NCBI GenBank assembly: GCA_023144635.1
Contig: JAGLFH010000036.1
Coordinates: 2,645 to 66,644 of the forward strand
From: Candidatus Auribacterota bacterium
GTDB lineage: Bacteria > Auribacterota > JAFGBW01 > JAFGJP01
Length of the DNA: 64,000 nt
Direction: 5' to 3'
Each line of letters starts with the position of its first letter. Within the stretch, counting starts at the first letter, position 1. The notes under the pieces were generated by a model. That model ran no database searches, was not told where the DNA came from, and worked only from the letters and a program-made list of their open reading frames with translations. The position numbers and the translations under genes were made by a program. This document shows, piece after piece, positions 18,236 through 27,169 of this stretch.

Positions 18236-20548
18236 ATGAAAAGAAAACAACTGATGTTTTTTCTTTTATTTGCTATTTTATTTATTCCGGCAAGACTTTT
18301 TGCCGCCGGAGCAACTTTTTCAGCAACCCTTCCGAACGATGCATCGGTAACAATGGATAACACAACAGGCACTATTTCCATTACAGTTACCAACACATCT
18401 TCTGTAAACAAAAAACTAAAATTTTTTCAGTTCCGTGTAAACAGTAACTTTTACAATTACAGTTCTAATAATACCCCTCCGATCAATTCAGGATGGATGG
18501 TAAAAGAAATTAATAATTCCGAAAGTACTGGAGTCGCTTTGCTGGAATTTTCGGCTGAAAAATCATGGGCTGAACTATCAATAGGAGATTCGGTAACTTT
18601 TGATATTATACTTACAGGACCAAACGGCGGTACTATTTTACAGGATAATACAGATAAAACAGATACATTTTTAAGTGTAAAAGCATATGAGAAAGGAACT
18701 GCTCCACCTCCCGGAATATATGGTGATGAGGCAACCCTTGACGGCTCAACTCCAACATGGACAAGACATGGACTAAAATGTGAGTTCTTTATATCCCCCA
18801 ATGCCATGCCTGTAGGAGAAACCCTTTACGGCAGTCTTTCCATTGTAAATGTTTCTTCAACAGATCAAAGCGTGATCGTTACACAAAATCTACAAAATAC
18901 AGGAACAGGCTCTGCAACACTTGTTAATGATTTTTCACCTTCTCCTGTTTCTCTTACTTCAAATGAAACAGTTATAATGGGAATAACATTTACGGCTGCA
19001 ACCGAAGGAAATATCATTTTTAAAGTGGACACTAATAATGCAAATGTAAGCTCAAAAACAACTTTTAGCAATGAGATAAATATAGGAAACTTTACTGCAA
19101 CTCTTAAAGTAACACCTGATGATGTAGCTGACGGAAATGAAGTAACAATAACACTTTCAACAACAAACAGCGGTACAAGCTCACTTCACAACATAACACC
19201 TTCTGCTACACCTGTTTTTTCAGGTTCTGCTAATGCAACACTTGTATCAGGGCCGGATCCGGCATCTCTTAGTATTCTTTCACCAGGAGAGACCTATTAC
19301 TTTTTTACCTACACTTACAGGATAACAGGGGATGCTGGAGATGATTATACTTTTTCTTCTGAAGCAACATGCGATGAAGGTCAAACAACTAATACAGCTA
19401 TAAGCAATACCGGGATCATTTCTGTATTTGCCTATTCGGTATATCCTGTAAGCATAAATTCAGGAAATGTTGATCAGACATTTACTTTTAATATTCAAAA
19501 TGGCGGCAAGGCAAAAATCATTTTAGAAAGTGTTGAAATTTTTCATCCAAGTTCTGATTTCATTTTTGGAAGTGCAAGCGGAGGTTATAACGTTAACTGG
19601 ACAGTTACTGATCTTACGGATCGTATACGTTTTGAAGCACCAACTGAATCAGACGCTATGCCCGGAGGGAATCAGATGGATCTTACAATAACATACAGTC
19701 AAACACCCTCTGTTGTATCTACAACTGACTACAGGTTTGATGCACTTCTTAATGGCGCAACGAATATCAACGTTTTTGGAACAGATAGTAAATTTGACTT
19801 TACAGAAAACAAAACTGAAACGATTTATGTTACAAATACTGTTATAGAACTTGAATATGAGCCAATAGATCTGAGCGCAGACGGAAATGCGGAAACAACT
19901 CTTACCCTTACTCTTTTAGATGGTGATATTGCAATGCCTGACCAGCCAATAGATTTTCAGTTTGTATTTACAGGCACATATGAACAAAATCCCTTCTGGA
20001 TAACAAAGGACAGCATAACTGATGAACAGGGACAGGCAACAGCAAAATTCCGAGCTCCTTATAATGCCTCAAGCTGCAGTGTTACTGTAAAAGGAGTGTT
20101 TGGAACAACCGAAAGTCAGATAGTAATACCCTTTATTGGATACGACAGACCGAATATTCTTTATTCCGGAAATCTCATCCCTATACAGGTAGATCCGGGA
20201 GCTACTGCACAATTTAGTGTTGATGTAAGAAACTCAAGTGAGAATTATGATATGAATTTAACAACCAATTCATACTTTCTTGTCTCCGACGTATCGCTCG
20301 GAGGCACTACTGAGTATAAAGCTTATCTCTCTTCGCCCACCAATATCCCGACAAATGAAGTAATCGTAACACTTACTTTTGAAATCAAGAATTTTCCTAC
20401 TTCATTCATGCAGGGCCAATTCAAGCCAAAGCTTTTCTTTACTGATGGTGATCCTGGCAATGATCAGATAAGGGAAGTTTCAGATAAATTAATCGTAGGT
20501 AGCGGCAATACTGGAATAAGAATAATTGATTGGAGAATAAAGCGATAA
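18236..20548 (+). CDS. Large secreted Thr/Ser/Asn-rich beta-rich protein, putative pilus-associated adhesin (occupies the PilY1-like position)
   Basis: Signal peptide MKRKQLMFFLLFAILFIPARLFAAG. Low-complexity T/S/N-rich repeats. Last gene of the pilin operon. Confidence 0.5.
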   Translation: MKRKQLMFFLLFAILFIPARLFAAGATFSATLPNDASVTMDNTTGTISITVTNTSSVNKKLKFFQFRVNSNFYNYSSNNTPPINSGWMVKEINNSESTGVALLEFSAEKSWAELSIGDSVTFDIILTGPNGGTILQDNTDKTDTFLSVKAYEKGTAPPPGIYGDEATLDGSTPTWTRHGLKCEFFISPNAMPVGETLYGSLSIVNVSSTDQSVIVTQNLQNTGTGSATLVNDFSPSPVSLTSNETVIMGITFTAATEGNIIFKVDTNNANVSSKTTFSNEINIGNFTATLKVTPDDVADGNEVTITLSTTNSGTSSLHNITPSATPVFSGSANATLVSGPDPASLSILSPGETYYFFTYTYRITGDAGDDYTFSSEATCDEGQTTNTAISNTGIISVFAYSVYPVSINSGNVDQTFTFNIQNGGKAKIILESVEIFHPSSDFIFGSASGGYNVNWTVTDLTDRIRFEAPTESDAMPGGNQMDLTITYSQTPSVVSTTDYRFDALLNGATNINVFGTDSKFDFTENKTETIYVTNTVIELEYEPIDLSADGNAETTLTLTLLDGDIAMPDQPIDFQFVFTGTYEQNPFWITKDSITDEQGQATAKFRAPYNASSCSVTVKGVFGTTESQIVIPFIGYDRPNILYSGNLIPIQVDPGATAQFSVDVRNSSENYDMNLTTNSYFLVSDVSLGGTTEYKAYLSSPTNIPTNEVIVTLTFEIKNFPTSFMQGQFKPKLFFTDGDPGNDQIREVSDKLIVGSGNTGIRIIDWRIKR

Positions 20549-20583
20549 TACTATAAAATATAAATAATAAAAGGGAGGTTTTT

Positions 20584-21567
20584 ATGCGGAATAAGTTTTT
20601 TTATGCTTTAATTTTTTTATTTATTCTATCAATGGTTCCTGCATCTATCCTAGCTAAAGAAAAGGATGATAGAAAAGACAGAGGTCATCATAACAAATAC
20701 TTTGAAAAAGACGAAAAAACAAAAGAGATCCGTTTTCAAAAAGACGTAAAAGAAAAAGTTGATAAAATCGTAAAAGGAGCTGTTAAATCCATGAAAGCTC
20801 CGGAACGTTCAAAAAAGGAAAAAAATCCTATCCCTGAAGCTTATCTTGATCAATACGATGAAGAAACCGAATATAATTACGATTACTCTAAAGAGTTCAA
20901 GGGCGATGAAGATGATGAAGACTTTGAACTGATAAACATCAAATCAAGCAAAATAAAAAAGCTGATAGAACAAAATGATAAAAAAAGAGATAAAGGATGG
21001 GGATGGTACTGGGATAAAAGCAACAAGGGTAAAAGAGATAAAAAACATGGCAAATGGAGCATACATCCAATTTTAAAAAAGATTGCATGGAAACATTACC
21101 GTATGGCTCTCAAATACCATGAACAGGAAAAATATGAGCAAGCTAAAAAACATCTTTTAAGAGCATTATGGTTCTGGCCTACATTTGTCGAAGCACACAC
21201 TCAGCTGGGGATCGAAAACCTTGCTCTTAACCTGCCGGATAAAGCTGAAATAAATTGTAAACGCGCTGTTAAAATTGATCCATATTATTGCAAAGCATAT
21301 TATATATTAAGCTTGATCTATCTAATAAAAGATCCTGTTGAACTTTTTAATTCTGTTGAAGCCTGTGAATATGCAAAACAGCTTAAATGTGATGTTGATG
21401 CTAATTACTATGAATTTCTTATGCTTATTTCAAAGCTTCCTCCACCAACAGATTCTGAGACGCCTCAGGAAGACCCAGTTGATGATGATCCTGCTGAAAC
21501 AGATCCTGTTGATGATGGTAAACCAGGACGCGGCCATGATAATAAGGGAAAAAAAGATAAAGACTGA
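20584..21567 (+). CDS. Secreted Lys/Asp/Glu-rich TPR-repeat protein
   Basis: Signal peptide. TPR-like helices YEQAKKHLLRALWFWPTF...AYYILSLIY. Acidic C-terminal tail. Confidence 0.6.
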   Translation: MRNKFFYALIFLFILSMVPASILAKEKDDRKDRGHHNKYFEKDEKTKEIRFQKDVKEKVDKIVKGAVKSMKAPERSKKEKNPIPEAYLDQYDEETEYNYDYSKEFKGDEDDEDFELINIKSSKIKKLIEQNDKKRDKGWGWYWDKSNKGKRDKKHGKWSIHPILKKIAWKHYRMALKYHEQEKYEQAKKHLLRALWFWPTFVEAHTQLGIENLALNLPDKAEINCKRAVKIDPYYCKAYYILSLIYLIKDPVELFNSVEACEYAKQLKCDVDANYYEFLMLISKLPPPTDSETPQEDPVDDDPAETDPVDDGKPGRGHDNKGKKDKD

Positions 21568-21592
21568 TTCTTTTTATATCAATTTAAATAAT

Positions 21593-21623
21593 GAGGCGGG
21601 CTATTAGCCCGCCTCAACTTTTG
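21593..21623 (+). terminator. Rho-independent terminator
   Basis: GAGGCGGGCtattaGCCCGCCTC followed by aacttttg. Confidence 0.6.
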
Positions 21624-21629
21624 AAACTT

Positions 21630-22301
21630 ATGGAATATAATTTTTTAAAATCAATTTCTAAAAGGAGAAAAGTATCGCTTCTTATTTCAATAATAATTCA
21701 TATTATCTTTTTTATTCCTCCAGTTCAGATATCCTTGAAAAATCTTTTTAAAAGAACTTCCCTGCAACCACATGCAGCAATGATAAGATTTCGTTTTTTT
21801 GCGCCTCAACCTCAAAAAGAAATACGTCCCTCAAAAAAAGAGCTCTTTAATGAACTCAAAAATAAAGAAATCCCGGAAAAGAAAAGATTAAGCAAGAAAG
21901 ATAAAAGACTTCAGGAACTTATTGAATCAGTGGAAAGCAAAAAAAAATCAAAGGCTTTAAAAACTATTGTAAGCAACAAACCTGTTGATGAAAAAAAAAT
22001 AGCCTGGGATTATGCTAATTTCATAAAAAAAGCAATAAACCGCCATACAGAATATCCTAGAGACGAATACGAAAAACGAATAGAAGATTCCGTAACTATT
22101 TCCTTTTGTATTGATATAGATGGAAAATTAATAGGCGTTCCTTCTATTTCAGATATACACCGTTCACGACATAATAATTTTAATAAAGCTGCCGTAAAAG
22201 CTGTCATAACTGCATCATCACAATTCCCACCACTACCCAAAGAACTTAAAAGGGATAGTCAATACTTTCATATAGATATTGAATTCAGCCGCATAGACTA
22301 A
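21630..22301 (+). CDS. TonB-family protein (N-terminal TM, Lys-rich linker, TonB C-terminal domain)
   Basis: C-terminal YPRDEYEKRIEDSVTISFCIDIDGKL...NFNKAAVKAV...FPPLP fits the TonB-C pattern. Start moved to ATG 21630, downstream of the terminator hairpin. Confidence 0.6.
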   Translation: MEYNFLKSISKRRKVSLLISIIIHIIFFIPPVQISLKNLFKRTSLQPHAAMIRFRFFAPQPQKEIRPSKKELFNELKNKEIPEKKRLSKKDKRLQELIESVESKKKSKALKTIVSNKPVDEKKIAWDYANFIKKAINRHTEYPRDEYEKRIEDSVTISFCIDIDGKLIGVPSISDIHRSRHNNFNKAAVKAVITASSQFPPLPKELKRDSQYFHIDIEFSRID

Positions 22302-22583
22302 TCTGCATCTTTTATGAAAAAAACCCAAGTCAAAAACATGTAAAAAAAAGCTTTCACCACAACATATAACTACTTGACACTTTTCACATTATAGCAACAT
22401 ACTAAATATACACATTTTCTAATATTTTTATTTTATTCTCTCTATATAACAAAGCTTCATATACTCATATTGTCAAGTTTATAATTTTTAATTATGTCAT
22501 TTTATCTAAAAAAACATACCCAATAATTTGATATTTACAAAAAAATATGTTAGATTTACTTATAAATATTAGCGGAGTTTTTT

Positions 22584-22844
22584 ATGAGTGACAAAAAAAA
22601 TCTTGTGGGCATATCCTGGTTTAGGCCCGAGCAATGGGATACTTTAAGAAAAATATCTTCTGAGTACGGAGGTTTCAAAGAAACCTATGAAGAATGGGAG
22701 CGCTCTGCTGCATCTCACTATAAAAAGCTTAAAAAACTTGGATTTAATGTCCAAAAAAAATACATCGATGCTTCAAAACTACATAAATGGTATGAAGACA
22801 GCAAAACTCTCATAGACAATATCCACAAAGAACATGCTTCCTAA
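22584..22844 (+). CDS. Hypothetical small protein (86 aa)
   Basis: ORF with SD agcggag. No recognisable motif. Preceded by a 280-bp AT-rich intergenic region. Confidence 0.4.
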   Translation: MSDKKNLVGISWFRPEQWDTLRKISSEYGGFKETYEEWERSAASHYKKLKKLGFNVQKKYIDASKLHKWYEDSKTLIDNIHKEHAS

Positions 22845-23078
22845 TCCTCAACTTCATTCAATTACTTAAAATCGATCCTTAAAAAGTCTTCTTTGACAGA
22901 ATAAACTTGTCCTGAGCGAACACAGTGATTCGAATAGAACAGGGAAGAGAGGGACAAAAACTTTTATTGATAGATAATACTACTTTCCTTCATTTATACC
23001 CTACTGGCATAACAAATGCTTTAATAGCTAAAAACTGCATTTTACAGTAAATGTTTAATTTTACAATAGGAGGGGTAG

Positions 23079-23768
23079 GTGAAAAGGATATTTACACTAT
23101 TATTTGTTGGATTTTTAATCTTAACATGTGCTGGCTGTAAAACACTGAATAACGTTGATCAGGCAATCGGCAGGAATCAAGTACGTATAAAAAAGTTTTT
23201 CGCAAAATTATTTCTTGCTGAAACAGAATCAGTTCATTTCGCTGTTAGGATCAGACATGAATTCTTCGTATATTTTCCGCCTGTTAACGAGAGTGCGGAT
23301 GGGTTCCAAGAATTATCAGATAAAATAAAAGAGAATCTCGCCGTTAGCCAGCTTGATACAGTACTTGATAAAGATCTTGAACATCAGGCTCAAAAACATG
23401 GCACAAGTGACATAAATTACTTGGAAACAAAAAATTACAGGGTATTTATAGAACCCCGCCTTATATCTTTTGAGTACAGAGACGGGATCCCTCCTGTATC
23501 AGCTATACTTGACAAAGGTAATTACGCGCTAAGCATGCAATCACAGATAATTATAAGAGACAAGAATACCGGACAGGAAGTATGGAGACACACAGTTGAT
23601 GCCATAAATGATCTTACTTATCGAACTTTAATAGAATTCGGCAATAAAAAAGATTTTGATTATGATCTAAAACATCTTGCAATGAAGACATCAGAAAAAA
23701 TATTGTTTATATTAAAGGACCAGAAGCCTTTTGAATCCTCTGGGAACAGGTTAGTTGCTTTTAAATAA
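23079..23768 (+). CDS. Hypothetical lipoprotein
   Basis: Signal peptide with lipobox LTCAGC. SD ggagggg. Confidence 0.55.
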   Translation: MKRIFTLLFVGFLILTCAGCKTLNNVDQAIGRNQVRIKKFFAKLFLAETESVHFAVRIRHEFFVYFPPVNESADGFQELSDKIKENLAVSQLDTVLDKDLEHQAQKHGTSDINYLETKNYRVFIEPRLISFEYRDGIPPVSAILDKGNYALSMQSQIIIRDKNTGQEVWRHTVDAINDLTYRTLIEFGNKKDFDYDLKHLAMKTSEKILFILKDQKPFESSGNRLVAFK

Positions 23769-23916
23769 CTAAAAACGTTTTGGGGTCTTTTTGTAGCCTG
23801 AAGCATCAGCTTCGGGCTACAAAGAGAAAAACAGGTCATCCTTCTTTAAAAATCCTTTTTAATTGATTATTTATTAATTTTTTTATAATCTATTACTGAA
23901 AAACCCTTAAACGACT

Positions 23917-25053
23917 ATGACCAATAATTACAAAGTTTTACTCATTACAGGAGCCGGTGTTTCGGCTCCTTATATACTTAGTGACTGCAAAAGCGCTCTT
24001 GAGGAAATAGGGTGCGAAGTCATGACAATGCCTGCATCAAATGACCCTTTGGAGTTTAGATCAATTCTTACCACTATTAAACCGCATTTTATTCTATCTC
24101 TTGACCATGCCGGAATTAACGATGAAATTATAGCACAGGAGAAGGTACCTTGTTTCTCTTGGTTTGTGGACAATCCTTTTTATTTTGTGAATGAATCCAA
24201 TAAAAAGCCTTATAGTTATTTCCTGGTCACAGATAAATCATATATTAAAGAATTACAGCACTATGGCTTTAATGATGTTTTTTATCTCCCTCTTGCAGCA
24301 AACCCAAAAAGAATGCATAATTTAAATTTTTCAAACATCAGACAAGCTGACATTTCATTTGTAGGCACTCTTAGTAAACGGCATACTGAGTGGAGAATCG
24401 AGCGAAATAGAGAAGCAACCTCTCCCACAAAAGAAATACTCGATCTTCTTGTTCATCTTAAAACACAGAAACCAAATATGACATTTGACGAGATGTTTAA
24501 GTTTTGTGATGAAAAATTTAAAGAACAGATACTCCAGAAGTTAGATATGAAAGCTCGTGGCTCTATTGAATACCGTATTGACATGGAAACAAGTTCTTAT
24601 TTCCGAGAAACTTATATACGCTCACTTGCAGATTTTAACGTTTCTATATTTGGAAATAATGAATGGAAAAAAGTACTCCCTGAACATCATTTTTTTGGAG
24701 GTAACATTGATTACGATAAAGATATAGGACACTTATACCGCATTTCAAAGATCAATTTAAACATTACCCGCACACAAATACAAACAGGCATAAACCAGCG
24801 CATTCTTGACATTGCAGCAACAGGTGCCATTTTTTTAACAGACTACAGAAAGACTACACAAGATTTTTTTGATTGTGATCTTCGATATCTAATGTACCAT
24901 AACGAAAATGACCTTAAGGAAAAAGTAGAATACTTTTTAAAATCCAAAGAAGTCCGTATATTTATCGGTAATGAGCTTTTTGATTCTATCAACAATAAAC
25001 ATACATATGTCCACCGAATGAAAGAGCTTATTGATATATACAAAAAAGTTTAA
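23917..25053 (+). CDS. CgeB-family (DUF3880-type) glycosyltransferase-like protein
   Basis: C-terminal YRISKINLNITR...GINQRILDIAATGAIFLTDY...HTYVHRMKEL matches the CgeB-like GT1 C-terminal pattern. Confidence 0.55.
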   Translation: MTNNYKVLLITGAGVSAPYILSDCKSALEEIGCEVMTMPASNDPLEFRSILTTIKPHFILSLDHAGINDEIIAQEKVPCFSWFVDNPFYFVNESNKKPYSYFLVTDKSYIKELQHYGFNDVFYLPLAANPKRMHNLNFSNIRQADISFVGTLSKRHTEWRIERNREATSPTKEILDLLVHLKTQKPNMTFDEMFKFCDEKFKEQILQKLDMKARGSIEYRIDMETSSYFRETYIRSLADFNVSIFGNNEWKKVLPEHHFFGGNIDYDKDIGHLYRISKINLNITRTQIQTGINQRILDIAATGAIFLTDYRKTTQDFFDCDLRYLMYHNENDLKEKVEYFLKSKEVRIFIGNELFDSINNKHTYVHRMKELIDIYKKV

Positions 25054-25068
25054 AATGAAAAATTAAAA

Positions 25069-25197
25069 GTTTCCGCCCGAGGCGGATCCGCCTTTGGCGG
25101 AAAAAATAAATGGCAAGATACCTGTAGGAGCAGATTCTTAATCTGCCTATTACAATACAAATAAAAGGGCGGGGTTTGGAATCCGCCCCTTCTAATA
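25069..25197 (+). terminator. Intergenic GC-rich hairpins (three), probably the terminator region
   Basis: tttCCGCCcgaggcggatccgcctttGGCGGaaa. gcagattcttaatctgc. GGGCGGGGtttggaatCCGCCCC followed by ttct. Confidence 0.45.
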
Positions 25198-25232
25198 ATT
25201 AATAGCTACTAACCAACTTTAAGGAAACTCGC

Positions 25233-26717
25233 ATGAAAATTTTGCTGGCAGGATACAACATTGACACCCAAGTACTAAAAGAATATGAAAACATTGCAGG
25301 TAAACGAGCCGATGCAACCCCGGAAACACTTTCAGCCTCATATGCAAGAATAAGCCGTGATCCGCGACCCATTGATGAGCTTAGAGACGATGCTCGGATA
25401 GAAATAGAAAAGTCCCGAAAATCAAACCGTGCCATAATCTTTAAAATGGGACATCACTCTGTTGCAGAACATGCTGTTTTTAACTTTGATATTATTGGTG
25501 TTTCCCGTTTTGCTATAGAACAGCTTGAAAAATTAAGACTTTGCTCTTTCACAGAAAAATCACAAAGATATATTACACTTGAGAATGACTTTGTCATACC
25601 TCAAGAAATACAAGAGACCGGTTTTGATAAGGAATATACTGATATGGTAAAAGAACAAAACCGTCTCTACCATGACATGAATGATAGACTGACAGAACAT
25701 GTGTTTAGTAAGCATAGCGAACTTGCTAAGGATCCTAAAAAAAGAACCCTACTTGAAGGATGGGCAAAAGAAGATGCTAGATATATTACATCACTTGCCA
25801 CAGAAGGTCAGCTCGGAATGACCATTAATGCAAGGAACCTTGAGCTTATGTTTAGACGCTTTGCATCACATCCTCTTAATGAAGTACGTACCATAGGTAA
25901 AAATATTTATACACTTGTAAAAAATGTGGCCCCATCTATCATTCTTTTTACTGATGCCAATGATTATGATGCAAAAACACTCAGCTCTCTTGAAGAATAT
26001 TTTAAGAACCGTAAGATGCAAAGCTCCGATGTAGCACCTTCAGCAGAAGTCCTTCTTCATCATTATACAAACAATGCAGATGATCAACTTGTAGCCTCTA
26101 TCATGCACCATGCGACAAGTAAAAGCTTCTCGGCTTGCCGCGATGAAGTAGATAAAATGACTCCTCAGGAAAAAACAGATATAATTAAAAAAACTTTCCA
26201 GTATATGGAGTTCTATGACTCTACTCTTCGTGAATTTGAATTTTTAAATCTCGTATATGAGCTTACGATCTCTTCAAGCTGCTTTGCCCAGCTAAAACGC
26301 CATAGAATGTCAACACCGGTAACACAAGACTATGATCCTTTACTTGGGCTTACAATACCTGATTCAATAAAAGAGATCGGCTTTGAAAAAAGGTTTCTTG
26401 ATGTAACAGACAAAACAGAAGAATTATACAGGAGAATAAAAAAAGTCTCTTCCACAGCCTCGCCTTATATTCTTACAAACGCTCATAGGCGACGTGTACT
26501 TTTTGGCGTAAACGCGAGGGAACTTTACCACATTACACGTCTTAGAGAAGATGCACATGCACAATGGGATATACAAAACATATCAAAAAAAATGAGGATT
26601 GAGGCTGAAAAAGTAATGCCTCTTACAATGATGTTTATAGGCTCAAAAGAAGTATATCCGATAAAATTTAAAGAGATCTTCGGAAAAGAACCAAAATTCA
26701 CTGAAATACCAGGATAG
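25233..26717 (+). CDS. Tandem two-domain ThyX-like protein (FAD-dependent thymidylate synthase family, Thy1 fold x2)
   Basis: Half 1: HHSVAEHAVFNF...LRLCSFTEKSQRY, where RHR is degenerate and SQRY is kept. Half 2: RHRMSTPVTQDY...NARELYHITRLREDAHAQWDIQ, where RHR and HAQWDIQ are kept and SGRY is lost. Confidence 0.7.
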   Translation: MKILLAGYNIDTQVLKEYENIAGKRADATPETLSASYARISRDPRPIDELRDDARIEIEKSRKSNRAIIFKMGHHSVAEHAVFNFDIIGVSRFAIEQLEKLRLCSFTEKSQRYITLENDFVIPQEIQETGFDKEYTDMVKEQNRLYHDMNDRLTEHVFSKHSELAKDPKKRTLLEGWAKEDARYITSLATEGQLGMTINARNLELMFRRFASHPLNEVRTIGKNIYTLVKNVAPSIILFTDANDYDAKTLSSLEEYFKNRKMQSSDVAPSAEVLLHHYTNNADDQLVASIMHHATSKSFSACRDEVDKMTPQEKTDIIKKTFQYMEFYDSTLREFEFLNLVYELTISSSCFAQLKRHRMSTPVTQDYDPLLGLTIPDSIKEIGFEKRFLDVTDKTEELYRRIKKVSSTASPYILTNAHRRRVLFGVNARELYHITRLREDAHAQWDIQNISKKMRIEAEKVMPLTMMFIGSKEVYPIKFKEIFGKEPKFTEIPG

Positions 26718-26736
26718 TAATAAGCAGCAAAAAAAT

Positions 26737-27108
26737 ATGAGTAATAACATTAAATTTATTACTAAATCCATTTCATTTAATGCAAAGTTAAACGATTGCC
26801 CTTGTGCTAAAGAAATATTTAATAATCTTCCAATAATTTCTACTGTAAGTACTTGGGGTGATGAAATATATTTTCGTACAAATCTGGATATATCCGTTGG
26901 CTTACCTACAACTGATGTTAATATAGGAGATATCGCTTTTTGGCCATCAGGAAAATGTATCTGTATTTTCTTCGGAAAAACCCCCATAAGCACTGGTTCT
27001 AAGCCGGTCCCTGCAAGCAATGTATTTGTAATTGGAAAAACTGACTGCTTACCAGAGGAATTAAGAAAAATAAGTGATTCAGAAGATATAAGTGTTGAGA
27101 AAGCATAA
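26737..27108 (+). CDS. Cyclophilin-like-fold protein (PF04126-like)
   Basis: WGDEIYF...GDIAFWPSGKCICIFFG pattern typical of the cyclophilin-like family. Confidence 0.5.
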   Translation: MSNNIKFITKSISFNAKLNDCPCAKEIFNNLPIISTVSTWGDEIYFRTNLDISVGLPTTDVNIGDIAFWPSGKCICIFFGKTPISTGSKPVPASNVFVIGKTDCLPEELRKISDSEDISVEKA

Positions 27109-27169
27109 ATAAATTAAAAATTAAGGTATAAAATTATACAAAGAATAATTTGGGTTTAAATTTTCGATC

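Noticed and set aside
21591-21629. The 5' extension of the TonB-like ORF as given in the ORF track (start 21591), and the overlapping ORF 21338..21607
   Set aside because: The extension spans a clear rho-independent terminator hairpin (GAGGCGGGC...GCCCGCCTC). The real start is more likely ATG 21630. ORF 21338..21607 runs in an alternate frame of the TPR gene.
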